Assembly: GCF_016432865.1 (NCBI RefSeq)
Contig: NC_067403.1
Location: 263,810,001-263,874,000 of the forward strand
Length of the DNA: 64,000 nucleotides
Direction: 5' to 3'
DNA from: Antechinus flavipes
Lineage: Eukaryota
A model generated the notes under the pieces. The model did not search any database. It was not told the DNA's origin and saw only the letters and a program-made list of their open reading frames with translations. Positions 54,886 to 64,000 of this stretch are shown piece after piece (positions within the stretch are counted from its first letter, which is position 1; each line of letters starts with the position of its first letter). The translations under genes were made by a program, and so were the position numbers.

Positions 54886-57800
54886 TCACTGACAGGACTC
54901 GAGGGCGTGCCGGGGCAGGCGGTCCGAGGGGCCCTCTCTGCGCTGGGTCAGCCCAAGTGTCCAGTCCGGGGCCAGGGGCCGAGTGCCCCCCAAGCCGAGC
55001 CACACTGTTAGGACTTGGCGCTCCTGGCGGGAGGTGCTGGGGGCATCGGGGGAGGGGTTGCGGCGGGCCCCAGGCTGGGCAGCCGGTGGAGGGCGCTGGG
55101 GGTGCTGGCCAGCTGCCGGGCCGGCGGGAGCGTCTTCTCCGGGGCCTTGGGGCAGCGCATGGCGAGGGGCTGCCTGCAGCCCGCTCCCTTGGGGGCGCTC
55201 GGAAGTCTGAGGGGGCAGAAGGCGGGCTCCAGGGGGGATGGCTGCGGATAGGAGGCCGGAGGCGGTGGCGGGGACTGCCCCGGGGCGGGCCGGAGGCCCC
55301 TTGGGCTGTGCCTGTGGGGGGAGGGAGCAGTTGAAAACCGTCCTGCCCTGGGCCCTGCAGGACCTCTCCCTCCCTCTACCCCTGCCCCCAACCCTCCTCA
55401 AGGGGAGCTGGACTGCTGGGGGGCAGAGGCTTCCCAGAACACTGGGCTCCCCCTGCCCTGCCTGCCAGGAGAGAAAGGGGGAAAGGAGGAAAGAAAAGAT
55501 AGAGTGACAGATGGGGGAGAGAGAGGAGACACAAGGGATGGGGGGAGAGGGAGACACAAGACCCCTTCCTGGGTTCCAGGGGCAGCCATTGGGAAGGAGT
55601 CCTTACTTGGGCTCCGAGGCTTCGGCTCCTCCGGCAGGCCTGATCCCGCGATGCTCGGGATGGCCCTGGGACCCTGGGCTTCTCAGGGCCGTGAGACGCC
55701 TGAAGGGGCTCAGCCTCTCCCCCAGGTGGGGCCCTGCCTCCGGGCTGGGCAGCGGGCTGATGGCGAGGTTCGGGGATAGCCGCCTGCCCCGGAACTCAGA
55801 CCTCGGGCAACCACCGGGGCAGGGCAGTGGGGGAGGTGATGGATGCCTGAGGGAAGAAGGGGTGAGGGGAGATCCGGGCCCGCTGCCGCCTGTGACCTGG
55901 GAAGGATCTGCGGGGCAATGGAGAACACAGACTCAGCAAGGGTCCTCACGCTCATTGGGGGCTCCGCTCCCCAACAGGGCAGCCGCCCACTCCCCCAGGG
56001 CCCGCCCCAGAGCCCCCCGGGGCCAGGAAGGCCAGTGCCCCGTCCGGGGGGGCCCTTCTGAGGGCCGCAGGGGTCCTGAGGACTCCCAACCAATTCAAGG
56101 GCCTTGCCCCAGGGAGCCGGGTGGGCTGGCAGTGCCCTGGGCCACCCCAGGGCCAGGCACCGAAAGGCCCCAAACTACTTTCAAGGAGGGGGAGACAGCA
56201 CAGCAGTGGTGGGAGTGTGAGAGAGGGAGCGCCAGGCAGGGGGCACAGCCTGGGGAACCGCCTGGGGCCTGGAGATGGGAGAAGCCAGGAGCCCGCCTGC
56301 CGGGGAGGGGGTGTCACAGACTAGGGGGCTGGGGTATGAGGCTGGAGAGGAGGTGGCCAAGCAGCTGGGCAGTGAGAAGGACAAGACTGAAGACTTGGGG
56401 GGGGAGGGTTGGATGAGGAGGAAGATTGCACACCTGGAGGACCACAGGGTGGGGGGGGGGGGGGAAGGTCAGCTTGGGGCGTTTTGAGGCTGGGCAGGAA
56501 CATGAGGCTGGCCCTCACGGGCGAGGGCTGGCTCTGCGGGGACCGTCTGCCCGAGGACCGAGTTGGGCTAGCCCTGGCCCTCAATGCGTACCCGGGAGCC
56601 CGAGCTGCTGCTTCTGGGGTCCCTAATTTTAGGGGCTTCCTTAATTTGGGTGAGAAATATTGGCTGAATTTCAATCCCGTTTACTTTCTGATTTCTAAAT
56701 TAAAACCACAACCCCGAGGAGGTGGTCGCCAAAGGGGAGGAGCAAGAACATGCGGGCAGTCGGGGGGCACAGCTGGAAGGGGTGACCGAGAAAGTCCGGC
56801 GGCGGCCATGGAGCAGTGGCCGGGGCGAGTGCTCCGAGAGCAGGCCCAGGAAGGGCCATTGGCGTGACTGGACGCCTCACTGCCACTGTCAGCGTCTCGC
56901 GAGTGACCCCCCTCAGGTCCCGCCGGCCCCCAGGGCTGACCCCTTTCCTCAGGGAGGCCAGGACCAGGTCCAGGCTTCCTTCCCTCCCGCCCCAGCCTCC
57001 CACACGATAGTGACGCCTCAGCCAATGGCGGGCCTGGTCAGGCCTCCAGCTCGCTGCGCCCCCATGTTCTGGAGCACAGAACCCCCCCAAGGGAGCTAAA
57101 TGCTCCCTGTGCCTCTGAGCCCCGAGCCCCTGTCCTCGCCTCCCTCCCCACTGTCCATCTGGACACTCCTGTCCAGCAGAGCTTGTCCCCCGGATGCTTC
57201 AGCCGCTGGGATGGCCTGTCCAGCTCACGCTCAGAACGGGCGCAGGCGGCCCTGCCCCCACCCCTTCCTCGAGGAGTCCCCATCCCACTGCCCTTCCCCC
57301 CTCCCGCCCCCTTCCCCCCTCCCGCCGCCCTTCCCCCCTCCTGCCCCCTTCCCCCCTCCCGCCACCCTTCCCCCCTCCCACCACCCTTCCCCTCCCGCCC
57401 TTGTAAGCTCTCCAGGGTCTGATTTCTGCTCTCACCTCCCACAGAAATGGCTCCCTCCAAAGGGAAGGGTCCCTCAGAGACCATTTCTCCTCCTCGTTGT
57501 CCCAGACCCTCGGAGCCTCGTCTCCCGCCTCGAGCTTTAGGGGTCCGTCTCTCCTGCCCCTCTCCCCCCCCCCCCAGTCTAACTGGTCTCGCCCGCTGGC
57601 GCTTCCCCCCAGTCAGGCTGGGTCTCCTCCTCTGCTCCTGTATGGGGGGGGCCCCCGCGGCCCCCCAGCCCCGCTCTCTCTGCTGACTCTGTTTCCCTTT
57701 GGGAGGCTCCGTTTCTGACGCTGCTGCGTCCCCCCTCCCCCCCAACGCCCAGGTGGTCCCTCCAGCCCCGCCTTTTCCTCTCTCTGGGGGCGGGATCTTG

Positions 57801-60800
57801 CCCAGGAACAGTCTGAAGATCCATTTATATCTGACATTGGGCAGCTGGGGGCGCAGTGGGGGGAGCCCCAGCCCTGAGGTCAGGAGGACCTGAGTTCAGA
57901 TCCAGCCTCAGACACTTAACCCTTCCTGGCTCTGTGGCTCTGGGCAAGTCACTTAGCCCCCACTGTCTCAGCAAAGCCCCCAACTGATATCGCGGCACAG
58001 GGTTAGCCTAAGTTGGACTACCTGCCATCTGGGGGGGGAGAAAAAATTGGAACCTCAGGTTCCGGGAGGGTGAACGTTAAATTATCTGCGCTTGTATTTC
58101 AAAAATAAAAGGCTTTACTGCAAAAATGGAAGAGAAAAAGCTGATAGTGAATCAGGGGACTTTTCCGCATTTGGGGCTGGGGCTGCCACGGACACGTGGT
58201 CTCTCGCCCCCAGGGCTCCTCCCAGTCCCAGGGCTGACACCCCGCCCTCACCTTCCCTCCCAATCCGAGCTGTTGCCTGTGCTGGGGGGAGGGGGAGGGG
58301 CTCCTGCCTCCAGGCCATCCTCCACTCAGGCCCCGGAAGGAGCTTCCCAGGGCTCAGGTCTCCCCGCCACCCCCTGCGGCTCCCTGGGGCCTCCCGCAGG
58401 CTCTGGTTGGCCCTTCCCACCTCCAGGACTCCTCCCAGGAGAGCGCCCGTCCCTGGGGGACTCAGCTCTGTTCCCCCTCCTGCCAGAAGCCTTCCCCAGC
58501 CCCCCTGAATCTTGGCCCCTTCCCACTGAAACGACCCAAGGGGCCTTGCCCAAGCTGTTAGCCCTTGCCTTGGGCCTTCGAGGAGCTTCAGGGAAGGGGC
58601 AACTCAGTGCAGCGCCAGGCACACAGCAGGCGCTTAATAAATGCTCATGGGGAGCTCTGCCATCAGGCTTCTCGGACCTGAGGTTGGGGCAATGCCCTGG
58701 AGGGGCACTTGTGAGCATGCTCAGTTTACAGGATGGGGAGCACCCCCTTCCTCTCGGGCAGGGCAGCCCCCCTTGCCCGCTGGCCCTGGGGCTGTGGGGG
58801 CGCCAGGGGCCGGCTCCCAGAGGGGCCAAAGGAAGCCCAGAGTTCCCGGATGACGGTGGTCTCTCAGGGGCCCAGCCACAGCTGGGGAGCTGAGATGGGG
58901 GCAGGCGCGGGAGGAAAGGAGGCAAGAGGAGGCTCCATCAGGAAGAGGTCGGGGGCTTCGGGGCAAGCAAGAAGGGGCGGGAGGGTGGGAGGCGGTCGGT
59001 GGGTGGGGGAACACGGGCATCTGGGAGGAAGGAGGAGGCGGTCTGATAGAGAAGACGGTGAGAAGAGCAAGGGAACAAGCATTAATTAAGCACCTACTCT
59101 GTGCCAGGCCCTGGCACTGGGACACTTGTCTTGCCCTGGGGGAGAACGGTCCCGGGGAGCAGAGGAGGCCCCGGGCAGGGAGCCCAGAGTCCAGCTCATC
59201 CGGCCTGGGCTCCCCAAGTGGCGCCAGGAGGGCAGGGCCGGGCCTGGGGCTCGAGAGCGGCCCCTCTCCTCTCTCTGCCTCAGTGTGGGACCCCTGGGCC
59301 AGGGCGAGACCTGGAGCCGGGGCCACGAGCCTCTCAGTCACCGCCATGGTCCCCCTCAGGGTCCCGGCCCTTACTGGCCCCTACCCCGAGGGAGGGGCCC
59401 CAGAAGGCTCTGAGAAATGACAAGGGGCTCCAGGGGACCTGGGGCTTGAGACAGGCTGTGAGAGCAGGAGAGCGGAGGGTGAGTGACCAGAGAAGGAGGA
59501 AGAACAAGGGGGAAGGCGGTTACCTGGAGCAGGGCTTAGGGGGCCCAGAGCCTTCTCCTCTCCCCCCTGGTCCTCCGGCCCAACCGAAGCTTTCTCCTCT
59601 TCCTCTTGGGGCCACACCGGGGGGCTTCTCCCCACAAGCAGCATGTTTAACCTCCTGAAACAGCTGCTTCTTAGCTGGCTCCCTGCAGCCCCCACTGGTC
59701 ACCCCCTCCAGCCCCAGGGGCCCCCATGGAGAATCTCAGGAAAGGGGCTGCCCACGGGGAAGGGAGATTCCGGGCTGGGACAGCCCTCGGGCTGCAGCTC
59801 AGGGAAGCCAGATCTGGCCCTGGCCCAGGGCTCCCTTCTCACTGTGGGCGGGAGCTCTCAGAGTGGCCGGGCAGGAGGCTTGGAGGGGCTGCCTCTGGGA
59901 CGGGGTCACCGGCCTGACCCCTGCTTGCCTGCTCGGCTGTCTGGCCCGCTCCCCCACGATGGAGGCCCCTGGGGAGGGTGTGGAGGGACCCCTTCTTGGG
60001 CACCCCCCGGCCGGGAGCCCCTGTTGGCTGCATTTGAAGCCCGCTGGCACGGCTGTGCCCCGGGGTGAAGGCCCGCTCACCCACTGCGCTGGTGCCTTGT
60101 GCTAATCTGGGGGGGCTGCCGAGGGAACCACTTGGGGTTCGGCGTTTATTCCTGCCTTTCACTGGCTGAGCCATGGTGCTCTTGGATTGCCCTTCAGCCT
60201 GATTCCAGGCTGCCGACCCAGCAGGAGGGTCTGGAGAAGCCCCAGAGCCTGAGCTCAGGGGGCTCCAAGCTGTGGGAGAACTGAGCCAGGTGGGAGCCTG
60301 CTCCCCTTCCCCCCCAGGCACCCCCAGGGGACACAACTCGTGGGGGGCTGAGCCAGTGCCAGAGACGATCCACCCCCGAGCCTGGAGGATGCTGGAGCAG
60401 CCCTGGGAGCTCGGGCGGAGGCTTGAGGAGTTCCTGGGCCCATGAGCATTCTCCAGCACTGGGCTGAAGAGGAGCAAGGGGTCCTGGTGGAGCAGGGGAC
60501 CCTGGGCTGAGGAGGAGGAGCGGGGGTCCTTGAATCCCTTCCAAACTCACTGTTGCTGCTTTTCTTCCTTCCAAGACCTGTACTCTGCCCAGAGACCTTG
60601 TGGCCAGCCCAAACCGTCTTCTTCCCCTCCCGAGAGCTCCTCGGGTCCCTGGGTGCGGGCAGAGCCCGGGGCTGGAGGCTGGGGCGTTGTGCGCCCGCTG
60701 TGGTCCTGAGGAAGGCAGAAGGTGGGGTCCCTGACCTTTCCGTCCCCAGCTGGGGGCCCACAGGACCAGAAAGGAACGTGTCCGGGGAGCGGCGCCGGGA

Positions 60801-62335
60801 GCTCTTTGTCCCCTCGGTGGCTGCTGGTCCAGGCGGCGGAGAACCAGCCCGGAGGCCCAGAGTGCAGTGCCGCCCGCCCGCCTGTGCCCGCCCGTGCCCG
60901 CCCATGCCCACTGGGCAGCAAGCTGAGGCTCTGGGGTTCAGGGCACTGACAGACCTCCTCGGGGCCAGCTGCACGGCTCTGGCCTACGGGGGGGCCCAGG
61001 GGCTGCTGGGGGTTTGAGATGCAGTGCGTGTGGTGGGAGGGGAGATTTGACCTGAAAGCCAAAGGTTCAGGGATTGCCCTGGATGCGGGAAGAAGAATCG
61101 CAGCTGAAAGAGGCTAAGTGTGTGTGTGTGGGGGGGACGCTTGGGGGGCTTAGTTTCCTTCTCCGTGGGAATTACAGGGAGCTCCGTGGCCCGGCTGCTT
61201 CTTTCCTCAGGGGAGCTCGGCCCTTCCCTCCCTAACGCCCCAAACCTCAGCTCAAGCCCGGGGCTCCCTGGGGGCCTGACCCAGGGGACCCCGGAACCTA
61301 CGTGCCGCTTCTGCCGGCGCTCCTGAAGTCCTTTGATGGGGTTTCCACAGAGGACCCGGCTGACCCCTGAAAGAAAGGCGGCTTTAGGGGCTCCCGGCGG
61401 AGATCAGAGGAGGGGGAGCAGAGCCTGGGGAGGGCCCAGGGAGCCCCAGGGAGGGACCTACCGTGGGTCAGGTCACTGGAGTCACTGGAGTCAGGGCTCA
61501 GCTCTTCAGGGAATAAGCCTTCTGGGAGAGGGCTCCCTGGGGACGAGAGGGGGATCGTCCAGGGCAGCCGGTCCAGAGGGAGCGGCCACGGTCGTGGAGG
61601 TGGGGAGAAGAGATTTGGGGACAGCCTCAGGCTAGGGCTGAGTCCTTGCCTCGAGAGGTCTGGGTGAGAATTTAAGGGAGAAGCAGAACTGTGGTCAGCT
61701 TATCAGTGTCCAGCGAAGGCCGCCCCAAGGGGGAGGCCTCCAGCGCTCGGGGTGCGGAGGGGGTTTGTGGGGAGGCCGCTCACAGGAGAGCTCCGTTACG
61801 GAGCAGGGTTTCCTCTGCTATACAGACTGGTAAACTGAGGCGGTCACAGGGAGGACTGAGCCCCGCCCGCCCGGATTGGACAGTGGCACCGGGAACAGTC
61901 CCAGGGGTGAGAGACGCTGCCCTCGGGGGTGAGGGCCGTGAAAAGGTGCGCTTTCACCAGCTGTGGCCCGGGCTGGGGGCTGGGCTCTGGGAGGGAACAC
62001 CATCCCCCCGACCAGCCTGGCCTCTCCCTGGGCACTAATCCAGCGCTTTTTCAACCTCACTCTCCACTGGAGCTGGAGCTTTCTTCCCTGAAAAAGGGGG
62101 GAGGGTTGGACAGTGGCCTGGCCCCTGGGGGTCCCCACCCGTCGGGCTGAACGCGCTGCATACTGAACCATGAGCAGTCTGCACTGGACTCCTTGATGGA
62201 CTCCTTCACAATAAGCCAGTCCTCGCTGATCTCCCGGGCGGCCTGCGGGGAAGTCTGGGCGGCGGGCACGTCGTCCAAGAACTGGAGGTGGGGAATGAGC
62301 TTTTTCACCTCAGCCCTGTAGTTATAGTCTGGGGC
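54886..62335 (-). CDS. LRRC56: Leucine-rich repeat-containing protein 56, 3' part (5' exons lie beyond the window)
   Basis: Confident exons: 62335-62169 (APDYNYRAEVKKLIPHLQFLDDVP...EDWLIVKESIK), 61631-61462 (RPWP...PLPEGLFPEEL...SSDLTHG) and 61366-61302 (VSRVLCGNPIKGLQERRQKRH), all phase-compatible. Downstream low-complexity exons are unresolved. The last exon probably starts at 55311, with a stop at 55008 or 54886. Confidence 0.85.
57839..57975 (+). mobile_element. Marsupial tRNA-derived SINE (WSINE1-like, dasyurid-type body)
   Basis: gggcagctgggggcgcagtgg...gtcaggaggacctgagttcagatccagcctcagacacttaacccttcctggct...gggcaagtcacttagcccc...ctcagcaaa. Confidence 0.85.
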
Positions 62336-62699
62336 CTGGAGGGACAGGAGCAGGGCTGTCAGCGGCGCAGAGATTTTCTGTGGGCTGGGGGGAAGTGCCA
62401 GAGAGCACCTGGGTCTGGCTTTGCTCACGGGAAACTAGCAGAGCACAGTCGGGGCCTGTGGCCTGACTTTAGGCCAGTGACTGGGCCACAGGGTCCTGGA
62501 CACAGAGGGCTGGGCTTCAGGCCCCTGCTAAGGGATCACAGTCCTGATAGGGCGGCTCAGGGGGTCCATGGCTCCCCCGTGCCAATGAGACATGACCCTG
62601 ATTCTGTAGGCAGCAAGCCTGACCGTAGTCCTGGGCTTCAGAGTCCTGGGGCCACAAGAGTCTGGGAACTTCTTATGGTGGACCAGCTCGGACTGCAGC

Positions 62700-63059
62700 A
62701 AGGGAGGGTATAGGAAGCTTAATGAGTCAGCAGTGACACACAGACTCCATGGTTTTAATTGGTCTCCTTACTCATCTTCCCATTATAATCCATCCTGTAG
62801 TCAGTAACCAAAGTGATTTTCCCAAGTGTGAGTCCCACCATGTCACCTCTATTTTGCCTTTTTGGGAAGGAGAGGAAGATAGTAGCCTTCCTGGAATTGC
62901 CATTCATTCACATTCCCAGTTTCCTGTAGAGAAGAGTAAGAAGGCTGATACTCTGGATTGCAGAGTATATGAGGGTGAGTAAGGTGTAAGACTGAAAAGG
63001 TAGTAAGGTTGTAAAAGCCTTTGAAGGCCAAACCGAGGATTTTATGTTTGATGCTAGAA
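62700..63059. mobile_element. LINE-2 relic interrupted by an LTR (continues at ~63664-63870)
   Basis: ...gccaaaccgaggattttatgtttgatgctagaa | LTR | gaagaatggggagccaatggagttt... The two halves join into an L2-like sequence. Confidence 0.55.
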
Positions 63060-63663
63060 TGTTACACCACAATTCTCTTTAACTGTCCTGACTCAGTTTC
63101 CCTGCACTAGTTTCCCTTGTTTCAGTTTCCTTAACTGTTCCATCTCAATCCCCTTAGCTGTAAATCCCCCTTTGACCCATTAAGACTGAGGACTATTTGC
63201 TCTAAGGTTATAAATTAGCAAGATAAACAAGAGAGTAGATCTCCTGACTCTTTCGTGTCCTCGAGAATTTACAATATCCCTCTAAAATATTCCAAGCTAC
63301 CTCCCTGATATCTTTACTTCTTTGTATTCAGACATCCTGTCTTTGGGTTCTTAGAATTTGTGGCCTCCCCCATCCTGACAGAGGTTTTCCCTCGCTTCTT
63401 ACCTCTTCTTTTGTTTAGAGAAAAGGTATTTAAGAAGTTGGGGTTCCCCCATTCATTGCTGGAGGCTGGACGCTGGATTCTTTGGGATGACAGTCTCCTC
63501 CAGCCCTGGGACCAACATGGATTCCTTGGTCCCAGTATATGTTTATCTCTATCTGACTGGATAATTTGAGATGAGAGTCCTGTCCAGTCAATTTTACTCT
63601 CCCATTAATGAAATATTAAAAACTCTCTAATCTCTCTCCTGCCTCAGTTTCTCCGGCATTACA
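63060..63663 (+). mobile_element. Solo ERV LTR (~604 bp)
   Basis: TG...CA termini (tgttac...ggcattaca), TATAAA at 63209-63214, ATTAAA near 63616, inserted into an L2 relic. Confidence 0.7.
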
Positions 63664-63869
63664 GAAGAATGGGGAGCCAATGGAGTTTAGTGAGTAGGGG
63701 ATGACAAGAATGGACCTAAACTTTAGGAAAATCACTTTAATGACAGAATGGAGAATGGACTAGAGTGGGGAAGAGACTTGAGGAGGGCAGGGCACACCCT
63801 CCACAAAGCATCTAATACAATAGTCCAGAAATGAGTGTTAGAGGGGAGAGGGAGGTGTATTATAGAGAT

Positions 63870-64000
63870 GCAGCAGAGATAAAATTGAACAGAGGTGCTG
63901 CAGAAGTGAAACTGACCAGAGATGCTGCAGAGGTGAAATCGAACAGATGTGAAACTAACCAGAGATACTCAGAGGTGAAACTGACTAGAGAGACTACAGA
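63870..64000. repeat. Degenerate 27-bp repeat (gaggtgaaactgaccagagatgctgca), related to the 50178-50760 array
   Basis: Its reverse complement matches the ctctggtcagtttc...tctgc subunit. Confidence 0.75.

Noticed and set aside
55400-61250. Candidate LRRC56 C-terminal exons (e.g. WRMAWRQEPLP ~58300, QPLGPPVGQ ~60990)
   Set aside because: Similarity to the human low-complexity tail is too weak to fix boundaries without RNA data.

Overview
This is a eukaryotic, very GC-rich, intron-containing window from a marsupial. The SINE and L1 sequences look marsupial, and the SINE bodies resemble the dasyurid WSINE1 type. Gene order matches human 11p15.5 in reverse: CDHR5 (+, ~799 aa), IRF7 (+, ~454 aa), PHRF1 (-, ~1675 aa), MIR210 (+), RASSF7 (-, ~371 aa), LMNTD2 (+, ~702 aa) and the 3' part of LRRC56 (-). 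I reconstructed exons by hand from splice sites, reading-frame phase and recalled human orthologue motifs. No database searches were run. Most long ORFs in the supplied track are artefacts of high GC content and intronic minisatellites. I found no confidently new protein-coding system. The best leads are regulatory or structural: (1) a solo LTR with a canonical ISRE just upstream of its TATA box, in the IRF7 neighbourhood; (2) a CCAAT/GC-box array phased at exactly 46 bp in the RASSF7 promoter; (3) loss of the C-terminal PDZ-binding motif of CDHR5; (4) an IRF3-like phospho-tail in IRF7, plus tandem repeat-generated splice acceptors ahead of its IRF-association-domain exon; (5) an RFX X-box overlapping the probable LMNTD2 start codon; (6) overlapping poly(A) ends of LMNTD2 and LRRC56; (7) a young CpG-rich 54-bp array carrying an ATG-initiated 280-codon ORF; (8) a probable decayed Ty3/Gypsy RNase H fragment.
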